This document shows positions 1 through 12,109 of a stretch of 64,000 bases of DNA, one piece after another. The position numbers were made by a program, and so were the translations under genes. The stretch is from Verrucomicrobiota bacterium (GTDB taxonomy: Bacteria; Verrucomicrobiota; Kiritimatiellia; CAIQIC01; JAGNIJ01), in contig JAKLGK010000010.1 of NCBI GenBank assembly GCA_022710725.1, positions 67,190-131,189 on the forward strand. The letters run 5' to 3'. Under the pieces are notes generated by a model. The model was not told the origin of the DNA, ran no database searches, and saw nothing but the letters and a program-made list of their open reading frames with translations. Every line of letters starts with the position of its first letter. The first letter of the stretch is position 1.

Positions 1-746
1 GCATCATCCCCATCGTCAACGAGAACGACGTGGTGTCCGTGGACGAGATCAAGTTCGGCGACAACGACCTGCTGGCCTCGCTCGTCGCGCTGCTGATCCA
101 GGCCGACCTGCTGATCCTGTTGACGACCGTGGACGGCTTCCGCGCGCCGGCGGCCGGCGGGCGCACCCGGCGCGTGCCTTTCCTCAAGGGCGTCAGCGAG
201 AAGGCCCTGGCCCTCGCCGTGGGCAAGGGGAGCGAACTGTCCACGGGCGGGATGATGTCCAAGCTCCAGGCGGCGGATACCGTCGCGGGCGTGGGGACAC
301 CGGTCGTAATCGCCAACGGCCGTCAGGCGGGCGCCATCGGGAAGGTGCTTGCGGGCGACGATATCGGAACGCTTTTGGCCGCGGGCAAGCCGTCCGGCTT
401 GAGCGGCCGCAAGCGATGGATCGCCTTCTTCCACAAGGCCAAGGGCAGCCTGGTCGTGGACGATGGGGCGCGGCTGGCCGTGGTGGAAAAAGGACGGAGC
501 CTCCTGCCGATCGGGGTGAAAGCCGTCGAGGGCGAGTTCGAAGCCGGGGACGTGGTGAACATCCGCGCGGCCGGCGGGCCGGCGTTTGCGCGCGGCGTGA
601 CGGACTATTCCAGCGGGGAGGTCCGGCGGATCCAGGGCCGCAAGACGTCGGAGATCGCGGCCATCCTGGGCGCGGCGGACTTCGAGGAAGTCGTTCACCG
701 TGACAACATGGTCGTGCTCCAGGGCGCGACGAGGGGGACCATATGA
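1..746 (+). CDS. proB: glutamate 5-kinase, C-terminal part (5' end lies outside the window)
   Basis: Frame 3 is open from nt 3 (IIPIVNENDVVSVDEIKFGDNDLLASLVA...) and ends in a PUA-like tail (SLLPIGV..GDVV). Its stop overlaps the proA start (ATGA at 743-746). Confidence 0.9.
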   Translation, partial: IIPIVNENDVVSVDEIKFGDNDLLASLVALLIQADLLILLTTVDGFRAPAAGGRTRRVPFLKGVSEKALALAVGKGSELSTGGMMSKLQAADTVAGVGTPVVIANGRQAGAIGKVLAGDDIGTLLAAGKPSGLSGRKRWIAFFHKAKGSLVVDDGARLAVVEKGRSLLPIGVKAVEGEFEAGDVVNIRAAGGPAFARGVTDYSSGEVRRIQGRKTSEIAAILGAADFEEVVHRDNMVVLQGATRGTI

Positions 747-1999
747 GCCTTCACGAGGAAATGCTGGCGATGGGCGACAAGGCGGTAGCGGCCTGCCGCG
801 CCCTGGCGCAGTTGTCCTCCCGCCGCAAGAATTCCATCCTGGAGGCCATGGCGGCCGAGATCGAGGCGCGCCGCGCGGGCATCCAGGAGGCCAATACCCG
901 GGACATGGAAGCCGGCCGCGTGGCCGGCCTGTCGGGCGCGTTGCTGGACCGTCTGCTGCTCAACGACGCCCGGATCGAGGGCATGGTCAAGGGGCTGCGG
1001 AACGTCGTGGTCCTGAAGGATCCCGTCGGTACGCGCATCAGCCGGTGGATCCGCCCCAACGGGCTGGTCATTCAGAAGATCCGCGTTCCCATCGGCGTCA
1101 TTGCCATCATCTACGAATCGCGGCCCAACGTCACGGCCGACGCGGCGAGCCTGTGCATCAAGACGGGCAACGCCGTGATCCTGCGGGGCGGCAAGGAAGC
1201 CGTGCATTCCAACGCGGCCATCGCCGCGGCCATGCAGGAGGGCGGCGCGAAGAAGGGGCTGCCCGCGGGCTCGATCCAGCTGGTCCAGACCGCGGACCGA
1301 GACGCGGTGCGCGAGCTGGTCCAGATGGAGGGGCGGGTGGACCTGGCCATTCCCCGGGGCGGCGAGGGCCTGATCCGCGCCGTGGCCGAGCAGGCCCGCG
1401 TGCCCGTCATCAAGCATTACAAGGGCGTCTGCCACGTCTACGTGGACGAGAGCGCGGACGCCGAGATGGCGCTGAACATCATCGAGAACGCCAAATGCCA
1501 GCGGCCCGGCGTCTGCAACGCGATCGAGAAGGTGCTGGTCCACGAGAAGATCGCGGCCACGTTCCTGCCCCGGATGGCGGAACGGCTGGCCGCGCGCAAG
1601 GTGGAACTGCGGGGCGATGCCGCCTCGCGGGCGATCGCGCCCTCGATGAAGGAGGCCGTGGAATCGGACTGGACCGAGGAGTATCTCGACCTGATCCTCG
1701 CCGTGCGCGTCGTGGCGAACGTGAAGGCGGCGGCGGACCACATCAACCGGTACGGCTCGCGCCATTCCGACGCGATCGTCGCGCAGTCCGAGGCCGCGCA
1801 GAAGCTCTTCGTGCAGGAAGTGGACTCCGCGACCGTGTACGTGAACGCGTCGACGCGGTTCACGGACGGCGGCGAGTTCGGCATGGGCGCCGAGATCGGC
1901 ATCAGCACCGACAAGCTGCACGCCCGCGGGCCGATGGGCCTCGAAGAGTTGACCACGTACAAGTACGTCATCCTCGGCAACGGACAAGTCAGGGAGTAG
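743..1999 (+). CDS. proA: gamma-glutamyl phosphate reductase
   Basis: 418-aa ORF with ProA-type aldehyde dehydrogenase features (IYESRPNVT, AIxxRGG, NASTRFTDGGEFG). It is translationally coupled to proB. Confidence 0.93.
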   Translation: MSLHEEMLAMGDKAVAACRALAQLSSRRKNSILEAMAAEIEARRAGIQEANTRDMEAGRVAGLSGALLDRLLLNDARIEGMVKGLRNVVVLKDPVGTRISRWIRPNGLVIQKIRVPIGVIAIIYESRPNVTADAASLCIKTGNAVILRGGKEAVHSNAAIAAAMQEGGAKKGLPAGSIQLVQTADRDAVRELVQMEGRVDLAIPRGGEGLIRAVAEQARVPVIKHYKGVCHVYVDESADAEMALNIIENAKCQRPGVCNAIEKVLVHEKIAATFLPRMAERLAARKVELRGDAASRAIAPSMKEAVESDWTEEYLDLILAVRVVANVKAAADHINRYGSRHSDAIVAQSEAAQKLFVQEVDSATVYVNASTRFTDGGEFGMGAEIGISTDKLHARGPMGLEELTTYKYVILGNGQVRE

Positions 2000-2014
2000 G
2001 GAACTACAAACACG

Positions 2015-2066
2015 CGAAAGGCGCGAAAGAAGGCCCTTCGTTTTCGCGTATTTCGCGCCTTTCGTA
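2015..2066 (+). terminator. inverted repeat / putative intrinsic terminator after proA
   Basis: Positions 2016-2029 (cgaaaggcgcgaaa) pair perfectly with 2052-2065 (tttcgcgcctttcg). A T-rich stretch (tagtttctt) follows. Read by eye. Confidence 0.4.
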
Positions 2067-2120
2067 GTTTCTTCCGGATTCCGTGGTATCTTCCCTCATG
2101 ATCCAAGCGGAGAACGAGCC

Positions 2121-2630
2121 ATGACCTTTCTGGAACTGGCGGCGAAGAGAAGCAGCATTCGCGGATACAAGCCCGACCCCGTGCCGGAGGATTGGCTGGC
2201 GAAGGTGCTGGAGGCGGGCCGGCTGGCGCCCTCCGCGGCGAACAAGCAACCGTGGCATTTCATCGTAGTGCGCGAAGAGCCGGCCCGGCTGAAACTACAG
2301 CAGGCCTACCCGCGCGACTGGTTCGGAAAGGCGCCGGCGATCCTCGTCGTGTGCGTGGAACCCGGGAAAGCCTGGGTCCGGCAGGATGGCAAGAACTACG
2401 TCTCGGTGGATGGCGCGATCGCGATGGACCACATGACCCTGTGCGCGGCGGACCTTGGCCTGGGCACCTGCTGGATCGGCGCATTCGATCCGAAAAAGGC
2501 GCGGGACATCCTGGGCCTGCCCGAAGGGATCGAACCGCTGGCCATGACTCCTCTTGGCTTTCCGGATGCGCCGCCTCGTCCGAAATCGCGCAAGGAAACA
2601 GCCGAAATCCTGCATTACGAGCGGTGGTAA
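2121..2630 (+). CDS. nitroreductase family protein
   Basis: 169 aa with RSSIRGY..., LEAGRLAPSAANKQPWHFIVV and CWIGAFD, typical of the nitroreductase fold. Confidence 0.85.
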   Translation: MTFLELAAKRSSIRGYKPDPVPEDWLAKVLEAGRLAPSAANKQPWHFIVVREEPARLKLQQAYPRDWFGKAPAILVVCVEPGKAWVRQDGKNYVSVDGAIAMDHMTLCAADLGLGTCWIGAFDPKKARDILGLPEGIEPLAMTPLGFPDAPPRPKSRKETAEILHYERW

Positions 2631-2694
2631 AACATTTTTGCGGGTTGCTCTTAACGGCAAGTCCGAGAAGCGGTAAAATGTTTTACCGAAAACC

Positions 2695-5600
2695 ATGCCC
2701 TTACGAGTTTCCAGGGTCGTAATTCGGGCTGTTCTATTCTGCATCATTACTCTTGCTCCCCATGTTCGCGCCCAGTCGTCGCGTCCCGGCATGGGGCCCA
2801 CGCCCTACGCGGATGCCGCCGGCACGGGATACACGTTCCGCGTGTGGGCGCCGAACGCAACCGCGGTCGGGATCAAGGGCGAGTTCACGGGGTGGGGCAC
2901 GACGGCGCTGACCAGCGAGGGCGGCGGCCTGTGGTCGAAGGACATCAACGGGGCCCAAGCGGGGCAGAAATACAAGGTCAGGGTCAACAACAGCTTCGAC
3001 AAGCGCGATCCGCGCGCGCGCCAGGTGGTCAACTCCGCGGGCAATTCCGTCCTCTACGACCCGGACGCGTTCGACTGGGGCTCCGACTCCTTCAGCACGC
3101 CGTACCGGAACGAGCTGGTGATCTACGAAATGCATCCCGGCACCTACAACGCGGAGTCCTGGGTGCCGAGTTCGTTCGACAAGGACATCGAGCGGCTGGA
3201 CCATCTGCAGAACCTCGGCATCAACGCGGTGGAGGTCATGCCCCCGTTCGAGTTCCCGGCCGACAAGAGCTGGGGCTATAACAGCTCTGACCCGTACGCG
3301 ATCGAGAGCGCGCTGGGCGGCCCCGACGCCTTCAAGCGCTTCGTGAAGGCCTGCCATGAGCGCGGCATCGCGGTGCTGGTGGACGTTGTGCACAACCACT
3401 ATGGGCCGTCCGACCTCGACCTGTGGCGGTTCGACGGGTGGAGCCAGAACAACCTGGGCGGCATTTATTTCTACAACGAATACGCCAAGGCGAACACGTG
3501 GTGGGGCGACACCCGGCCGGACTACGGGCGCAGCGAGGTCCGCGACTACGTCCGCGACCAGATCTTCATGTGGCTGGAGGAGTGCCGGGTGGACGGCTTC
3601 CGGTGGGACTCCGTCTTCAACATCATCTACTACAACAACGGCGCCAACCACAACGCGGACGGCGAGGCGATGCTGCGGGACATCAACTGGGAAATCGGGC
3701 AGTCGTACCCCGGCAAGATCCGCATCGCCGAGGACAACGCGTTCGACTACAGCGTGAACTTCGACAGCCAGTGGCACGTCGGGTTCAACAGCGATCTCGA
3801 GTACCAGGTGACGCGCTCCAGCGACGCCGACCGGAACATGAGCACGGTGGCCTCGCTGCTGAACGGCTGGCCCAGCCACAACCGGGTGATCTTCTCCGAG
3901 TCGCACGACTCGGTGGGCGACCTCAACAGCAACGTCCGGCTGCCGCGCGATATCGACGCGGGCAACCCGGACAGCATCTGGGCGCGCCGCCGGGCCCTGC
4001 TGGCGGCGGGGATCGTCATGACGGCGCCGGGCGTGCCGATGATCTTCCAGGGCCAGGAGATGCACGAGACCTGGACGTTCAGCGCGGAGCAATCGCTTCG
4101 CTGGAGCCTGACGAATAGCTACTCGGGGATCGTCCGGGCCTACCGGGACATGATCCTTCTGCGCCGGAACGTGGCCGGCGCCACCGGCGGGCTGAAGGGC
4201 ACGGGGATCAACGTGCATCACATCGACAACGCGAACAAGGTCATCGCCTACACGCGGTGGGACGCGGGCGGCGGGGCGGACGACGTGGTCGTGGTGGCGA
4301 ACTTCTCGGCGACCGTCCGCAACAGTAACAACTACTACATCCAGTTTCCCTCCGCGGGCACGTGGTACTCGCACTTCAACGGCGACTCGACGAACTACCA
4401 GGCCGACTTCGGGAACATCGGGCCGGCCTCGGTGGTCGCCGCCGGCTCGCCGCCGACCGCTGCCGTGAACATGGGGATGTACAGCGTGCAGATATTCTCG
4501 AAAGAGGAGCACGTCACGCCGGGGACCGTCGCGTATGACCCGGCCGCGCCCGGCGGATGCGTGGAGGTCAAGATCACGTACGATCCCCTCGATCATCCGC
4601 TCAAGGACGCCGCGCAGGTGAAGGTCTACCTCGGCCGCAACGAGTGGCAGGACGTCGTGGACGCGCCGATGTCGAACCATGTCGGCGGGACCTGGGAGTA
4701 CACGCACACGATCGCCCCCGGGACCTACCGGCTGGACCTGGTCTTTAACGACGGGGCGGGCACGTGGGACAACAACCTGGGCTCGGACTGGCATCTCTCG
4801 GTCAGTGGGTGCGGCGGCGGGACGCCCGCCGAGGTCACCGTGAGCCCGTCCGCGCCGCAGGGCTGCGTGCCGGTGACCGTCACGTACCGGGAGAACGAGG
4901 GCCCGCTGACCAATGCCGCGAGCGTCTACTTGTTCATCGGGCACGACGGCTGGCTGGACGTGTCGAGCCCCGGGACGGCCATGACCGAGAGCCCGGCGGG
5001 AACCTGGACCGCTTCCTATTCCATCCCGGCCGGCGCGCGCCGCCTGAATTTAGTTTTCCATGACGGGGCGGGGACGTGGGACAACCACTACGGCCAGAAC
5101 TGGTCCGTCGCCGTGACCAACTGCTGGCCCGCGCCGCCCAGCATTGCCCTGACCAATCCCGTCGGCACGATCTCGGTTCCGCACGGCACGAGCCAGTACA
5201 CGCTGTCCGGCACGGCGACCGTGGCCACCGCCGGGTTCGTGGCCTGGAGCAACCAGCTCACCGGGCAAACCGGCAGCGGCGCCGCGACCGCGCGCTGGGC
5301 CCTCGCGTCCGTGCCGGTCGAGGTGGGCACCAACTATATCCGGGTGGCGGCGACTAACCGGCCCGGCAACGCCTCCGCGTCGGACACCGCGTCGAATTCC
5401 GTATACGCCGCCGGCTGGACCAACCGCTCGAACGGCGGGACGGGGTGGGGCGGCGGGTGGACGCTCGTCGGCGGGGCCAGCGCGGGCCACTACTACGCCA
5501 CGCTGCCCGGCAGTTCCAACCTGAACCTGGCCTCGTCCGCCTGGGGCCTGTGGGCGAATAACGGCGGACTCTCGGAAGCCCGCCGCCCTTTTGCCGCGCC

Positions 5601-6444
5601 GCTCCAGGCCGGGGACGTGGTGCGCATCGGCTTTGAAAACAACTTCATCGATACCGGCCGGAGCACGGGGTGGACGCTCCACGATGACTACGGGAACACC
5701 CTGTTCGAGTTCTATTTCGTAGGGGGCGAGTCGAAGTACCGGATCACCGATGCGGCGGCGGCGCAGACCACGACGGTCAGCTGGACCGACAGCGGGCTGC
5801 TTTCGGAATTCGAGCTGACCGGGCCGACCTCGTACCTGTTCCGCGCGGGCGGTTTCACGCGCACCGGCACCTTGTCCTCGGCGGCGGCGGCCGGCCTGAC
5901 CCAGGTCCGCGTGTGGAACGCCAGCGCGGGCGGAGGGACCCCTTACAACGTCTACATTACCGAACTCAAGATCACGTCGTCGCATGCCCCGCCGGCGGGA
6001 GCGCAGGCGGTGGACGCGGTCACGATCATACGGCCGGCCTACGACCTGGAATCGGACACCGACGGGGACGGCCTGCCGGACTGGTGGGAATCCCGGTTCT
6101 TCAACAACACGACCGGCGCCGTCGCGGGGGCGGACAACGATGGGGATGGACGGCTCAACGACGAAGAGTACGCCGCGGATACGTCGCCCACCAACGCGGG
6201 CTCGTTTTATCCCAACGTGATCACCAACTATTCGCGCGACGGCCAGGTCGTGTCGTTGTCCGTCGGCCCGCCGACGACCAACAGCCGCGTGTACGACGTG
6301 TTCTGGTCCACCAACCTGCGCGAGTCCGCCTGGAACGCGACCCACCTCGACCGGCCGGGCGCCTCCAACGCCGCCGCCGTCACCCTGACCGTCACCAACA
6401 CCCGCGATTTGATTTTCTACCGGACCGGGGTGAAGATACCCTGA
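2695..6444 (+). CDS. secreted multidomain GH13 alpha-glucan-active enzyme with two CBM25-like repeats and a TSP3-like C-terminal region
   Basis: Signal-peptide-like N-terminus. GH13 conserved regions are present (DVVHNHYG, GFRWDSV, IAEDNAF, FSESHD). Two ~100-aa repeats end in FNDGAGTWDNNLG / FHDGAGTWDNHYG. A DTDGDGLPDWWE...DNDGDG calcium-binding-type repeat is present. Confidence 0.85.
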   Translation: MPLRVSRVVIRAVLFCIITLAPHVRAQSSRPGMGPTPYADAAGTGYTFRVWAPNATAVGIKGEFTGWGTTALTSEGGGLWSKDINGAQAGQKYKVRVNNSFDKRDPRARQVVNSAGNSVLYDPDAFDWGSDSFSTPYRNELVIYEMHPGTYNAESWVPSSFDKDIERLDHLQNLGINAVEVMPPFEFPADKSWGYNSSDPYAIESALGGPDAFKRFVKACHERGIAVLVDVVHNHYGPSDLDLWRFDGWSQNNLGGIYFYNEYAKANTWWGDTRPDYGRSEVRDYVRDQIFMWLEECRVDGFRWDSVFNIIYYNNGANHNADGEAMLRDINWEIGQSYPGKIRIAEDNAFDYSVNFDSQWHVGFNSDLEYQVTRSSDADRNMSTVASLLNGWPSHNRVIFSESHDSVGDLNSNVRLPRDIDAGNPDSIWARRRALLAAGIVMTAPGVPMIFQGQEMHETWTFSAEQSLRWSLTNSYSGIVRAYRDMILLRRNVAGATGGLKGTGINVHHIDNANKVIAYTRWDAGGGADDVVVVANFSATVRNSNNYYIQFPSAGTWYSHFNGDSTNYQADFGNIGPASVVAAGSPPTAAVNMGMYSVQIFSKEEHVTPGTVAYDPAAPGGCVEVKITYDPLDHPLKDAAQVKVYLGRNEWQDVVDAPMSNHVGGTWEYTHTIAPGTYRLDLVFNDGAGTWDNNLGSDWHLSVSGCGGGTPAEVTVSPSAPQGCVPVTVTYRENEGPLTNAASVYLFIGHDGWLDVSSPGTAMTESPAGTWTASYSIPAGARRLNLVFHDGAGTWDNHYGQNWSVAVTNCWPAPPSIALTNPVGTISVPHGTSQYTLSGTATVATAGFVAWSNQLTGQTGSGAATARWALASVPVEVGTNYIRVAATNRPGNASASDTASNSVYAAGWTNRSNGGTGWGGGWTLVGGASAGHYYATLPGSSNLNLASSAWGLWANNGGLSEARRPFAAPLQAGDVVRIGFENNFIDTGRSTGWTLHDDYGNTLFEFYFVGGESKYRITDAAAAQTTTVSWTDSGLLSEFELTGPTSYLFRAGGFTRTGTLSSAAAAGLTQVRVWNASAGGGTPYNVYITELKITSSHAPPAGAQAVDAVTIIRPAYDLESDTDGDGLPDWWESRFFNNTTGAVAGADNDGDGRLNDEEYAADTSPTNAGSFYPNVITNYSRDGQVVSLSVGPPTTNSRVYDVFWSTNLRESAWNATHLDRPGASNAAAVTLTVTNTRDLIFYRTGVKIP

Positions 6445-6463
6445 AATCCGCAGGAGCGGGGCC

Positions 6464-6871
6464 ATGACCTTCGTCAAACGCTTTGCGATCACCTTTGTCC
6501 TCTTCCTCCTGCTCGACAGCGTCTGGCTGGGCGTGATCTCGCCGCGTTTCTACAAGGCGCACATCGGGTTCATGCTGGCCGATCCGCCGGTCTGGGGCGC
6601 GGCGCTGCTCTTCTACCTGGTCTTCATCGCCGGGCTGACCTTCTTTGCCGTGGAGCCGGGCCTGCGGACCGCTTCGCTCGGCCGCGCCGCGGCGCGGGGC
6701 GGGTTCTTCGGCTTCGTGACCTACGCCACGTTCGACCTGACGAACCAGGCCGTGATCGCCGGCTGGCCGTGGATCGTCACGATCGTGGATCTCGCATGGG
6801 GCTCGTTCATCTGCGCCGCGACGACGCTGGCGTCCGTCCTGGTGGGACGGCGCATCGCGCGGAAAGCGTAG
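6464..6871 (+). CDS. small integral membrane protein (DUF2177-like)
   Basis: 135 aa with four hydrophobic segments and a good coding-like composition. The family call is from memory of DUF2177-type sequences. Confidence 0.65.
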   Translation: MTFVKRFAITFVLFLLLDSVWLGVISPRFYKAHIGFMLADPPVWGAALLFYLVFIAGLTFFAVEPGLRTASLGRAAARGGFFGFVTYATFDLTNQAVIAGWPWIVTIVDLAWGSFICAATTLASVLVGRRIARKA

Positions 6872-6896
6872 CCCCGCTGCTCGCCGGCGTCTGTCT

Positions 6897-9131
<2,235 letters not shown>

Positions 9132-9160
9132 GGGGGTTCCTCCGGTTTTCGTTCGTGACG

Positions 9161-9733
9161 TTACCGGGACGGGGCCGAGCCCGCTTGCCCGCCCTTGCGC
9201 TTCTTGCCGTATTGCTTCATGAACCCGCGGACCCATTGCTTCTCCGCCCTCATCAAAGCAAGCGGCCGGACGGCCAGTTGGACGTTCGGAAGGGGGCAGT
9301 GGGCCTCCAGGTATTCCTGCAGGCGGCCGTAGCATTCGATCATCTTGTCCAGCGAGTCCTCGTACTGGCGGAAACACGCGGCGACCTCCTCGTCGGTCAG
9401 CAGGCGGAGATTGCTTAAGGCGATATCCACGGGCCAGACGGGCCGGGTCCACTCCGAGGCCAGCGCCTTCACGCGGGCGACCAGGGCTTTCCGGCCCGCG
9501 GGTGTGAGGTGGTAGACCTTCTGCGCCAGGTTGCGCCGGTTCAGCCGGACCTCGCTTTTCACCCGGCCCTCCTTCTCCAGCTTGCGCAACAGCTTATAGA
9601 CGGACGACATCGAGATGGTGGTCCACCAGCGCATGTCCCGTTCGACGATCACCTTCTCGATCTCGTAGGGGTGCATCGGTTTCTCGTTCAGCAGCCCCAT
9701 CAGCGCGGCCTCCAGGTCGTTGATCTTTTTCAT
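9161..9733 (-). CDS. PadR family transcriptional regulator
   Basis: LMGLLNEKPMHPYEIEKVI...SVYKLLRKLEKEGRV is a winged-helix PadR signature. It lies directly upstream of the UvrA paralog on the same strand. Confidence 0.85.
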   Translation of the reverse strand: MKKINDLEAALMGLLNEKPMHPYEIEKVIVERDMRWWTTISMSSVYKLLRKLEKEGRVKSEVRLNRRNLAQKVYHLTPAGRKALVARVKALASEWTRPVWPVDIALSNLRLLTDEEVAACFRQYEDSLDKMIECYGRLQEYLEAHCPLPNVQLAVRPLALMRAEKQWVRGFMKQYGKKRKGGQAGSAPSR

Positions 9734-9919
9734 ATTATTTAACTCCTATATTGTATCTATATAATATAAAAACCGGTCTGTCTACATCTATTTTTGGAAA
9801 AAGATGGAGCCGCGGCGCCCGCGCTCCGCCAGGGGGACACGGGAGGCGGTCTTCCCCGTCCCGGACCCAGCGCGGTGATAAGGCTTATCGACCGGCGCCC
9901 TTTCGGGTATATAGGAGGC

Positions 9920-12073
9920 ATGCGCGGGCTTTTTCAGCGATGGCTTGGAGGGGTGGGGCTATTCCTTCTGCCCTTGGCGTGTGCGGGGCAGGAACCGGGC
10001 TTGGTACTGGCGCGAATCCCGATCGCCGGCCGCCCCGCGGACCTCCCGCTGCCGGTGTGCGCCCACCTGCAGGACGCCGCGGGCGGGGAGTACGTGCTGA
10101 CCCGCGCCACGGAGTCTGAACTGGAGGCCGCCGGCCGGCCCCACGAGGTTCTCGATCCGGCCGCGGACGGCGCCCGCTACCTGCTGGCCTATCCGCGCCG
10201 ACCCGGCGCGAGGGAGGCGGCGGCCGCGCGGTTTCGCATCCTGCTCGACGACGGGCGCCGGCTGCTGATCCGCGGCGCGACCGATGCGGATGCCCTGGCG
10301 CTGGCGGAAGGGGGCTGCGAAGTGCGTTGGCTCGGCGACCGGCCGCTGGCGTTCGTTGCCCCGCGCACAGCCCGGCGGCTGCCGGACGCGCCGACGGCCC
10401 TCACCGCCAGCGCGCACGTGCGCGACATGCTGGCCCGCGTCACGACGAACGGCCTGGCGTATGCGATGAACGAGCTGACCGGCCCCGCGGCCTGCGTGGC
10501 GGACGGCTCGTACACGAACATCCGCACCCGCTACACGACCTCCGGCCGGCCGAGCTGGCGGGCCAACGCGTACATGGCCGAGTATTTCTCCGCGCTGGGC
10601 CTGTCGGTGACCCAGCGGGCCTGGGCGGTCGGCGGAACCAGCAACCGGAACGTGATCGCAACGCTGCCCGGGACGACGGCTTCCTCCGAGGTCGTCGTGA
10701 TCTGTGCGCACATCGACAACATGCCCTCCGGCGCGACCGCGCCCGGGGCGGACGACAACGCCAGCGGCTCGCTGGCCGTGCTCCTGGCGGCCGAGGTGTT
10801 CCGCGATTTCACGTTCCAGCGGACGATCCGGTTCGTCCTGTTCACCGGCGAGGAGCAGGGCCTGTACGGCAGCGAGGCGTACGCGGCCCAGTGCGCGGCG
10901 GCGGGCGACAACATCGTCGGGGTGCTGAACCTGGACATGATCGCCTGGGACAGCGGCAGCGACGGCGTCCTCTGGCTCGACACGCGCCTCACCTCCGATC
11001 CCGGCTATGCCGCGGACCGCGCCATCGCCGCGATGTTCACGAACGTGGTGGCCGTCTACGGCATCAGCGGACTCGCCGCGCAGATCCACGCGAACGGCGT
11101 GGAGTACAGCGATCACTACTCGTTCTGGACCGAGGGCTATCCCGCCATCCTCGCGATTGAGGACGACGACGATTTCAACCCGTACTACCACACCACCTCC
11201 GACACGGCCTCTACGTTGAACTGGACGTATTTCGCCCGCTTCGTCCAGGCCTCGATCGCCACCGTGGCCCACCTGGTCGTTCCCGTGGATCGCGCGCCGT
11301 TCGACGCCGTCCGGGTCATCAGCGGGCCGTTCGCGCCGACCAGCACCGTGGGCCACGGGACGTTCGTGGCGCGGCACCAGGCCGGGGCCGCGGAGGGCGA
11401 CGACCGCTGCGACGCGGGCTGGTCCAACGCGCCGGTATTTCCGCTGACCAACCGCCTGGCGCTGATGTCGCGGCCGGGCGGCACGAACCTCTACATGGAC
11501 GCGCGGCCCCAAGGCAGCGAGACGATCTTCTTCGCGAACCTGGTCTCTATCCAGACGAACGCTTCGCTGGCGACGACCAACCGGCTCCGGTTCGACTGGG
11601 TCGGCGGGGCGGACACGAACGCGGCCTACCTCGTGCGCGTCGTGGTGACCGGGCAGTACGTGGCCGGCGGATCGACCTGGACCTGTGTCACCAACCTGCG
11701 CGAGTTGATGGCGGCGGGCGGGTTCCTGTCCGTGCCGGCCTCCTTGCAGGTTACCAACCGGGCCGTCTACGGCTCCTGCGAAATCCGGAGGCTGGGCGTG
11801 GATCGCGAAGCCGTGCTGGCCTGGGCCGCGGCGGTCCCTACGAATCCGGTGCTGCGAGTGGAAGGCCCGCCGGGCATCCAGGTGGCGGATCTGTTGGAAT
11901 GGTCTGGCACCCTGACGAACTGGACGGCGATGGCGGTGGTGACCAGCCGCGTTGCCGCGACGGCCGCCACTTTTGCCAGCGGCGAGAACCCTTTGTATCC
12001 CTCGACCCCGGCGCCGCCCGCCGACGGCCAGCCGCGTTTCTACCGGCTGCGCCGCCGGTGGATTTTGCCCTGA
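9920..12073 (+). CDS. secreted M28 family metallopeptidase with long C-terminal extension
   Basis: CAHIDNMP, GADDNASGS and FTGEEQGLYGSEAY motifs. The start was moved to the ATG at 9920 (MRGLFQRWLGG..., signal-like), preceded by TAGGAGG. Confidence 0.8.
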   Translation: MRGLFQRWLGGVGLFLLPLACAGQEPGLVLARIPIAGRPADLPLPVCAHLQDAAGGEYVLTRATESELEAAGRPHEVLDPAADGARYLLAYPRRPGAREAAAARFRILLDDGRRLLIRGATDADALALAEGGCEVRWLGDRPLAFVAPRTARRLPDAPTALTASAHVRDMLARVTTNGLAYAMNELTGPAACVADGSYTNIRTRYTTSGRPSWRANAYMAEYFSALGLSVTQRAWAVGGTSNRNVIATLPGTTASSEVVVICAHIDNMPSGATAPGADDNASGSLAVLLAAEVFRDFTFQRTIRFVLFTGEEQGLYGSEAYAAQCAAAGDNIVGVLNLDMIAWDSGSDGVLWLDTRLTSDPGYAADRAIAAMFTNVVAVYGISGLAAQIHANGVEYSDHYSFWTEGYPAILAIEDDDDFNPYYHTTSDTASTLNWTYFARFVQASIATVAHLVVPVDRAPFDAVRVISGPFAPTSTVGHGTFVARHQAGAAEGDDRCDAGWSNAPVFPLTNRLALMSRPGGTNLYMDARPQGSETIFFANLVSIQTNASLATTNRLRFDWVGGADTNAAYLVRVVVTGQYVAGGSTWTCVTNLRELMAAGGFLSVPASLQVTNRAVYGSCEIRRLGVDREAVLAWAAAVPTNPVLRVEGPPGIQVADLLEWSGTLTNWTAMAVVTSRVAATAATFASGENPLYPSTPAPPADGQPRFYRLRRRWILP

Positions 12074-12109
12074 ACGGCGTCGCGGAGTTCCCGCGAGCCC
12101 GAGCGGGGA

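Noticed and set aside
695-1987. 430-aa minus-strand ORF antisense to proA (and similar ORFs at 700-2067 +, 1438-2106 -)
   Set aside because: The composition is Arg/Gly/Pro/Ala-rich with no motifs. It fully overlaps a gene with clear ProA homology. This is a typical high-GC shadow ORF.
2734-4944. 736-aa minus-strand ORF antisense to the GH13 gene
   Set aside because: It is a low-complexity R/P/G/V-rich translation, whereas the plus-strand frame carries all GH13 conserved regions.
9132-9452. N-terminal extensions of track ORFs (UvrA-like to 9452, anti-sigma to 16002, PPK2 to 18159, M28 to 9794, TMTC-like to 25777/27767, HIT to 32001)
   Set aside because: The extensions are Arg/Pro-rich, overlap neighbouring genes and lack SD sequences. 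Internal ATGs are preceded by GGAGG-like sites and begin at the expected family N-termini.
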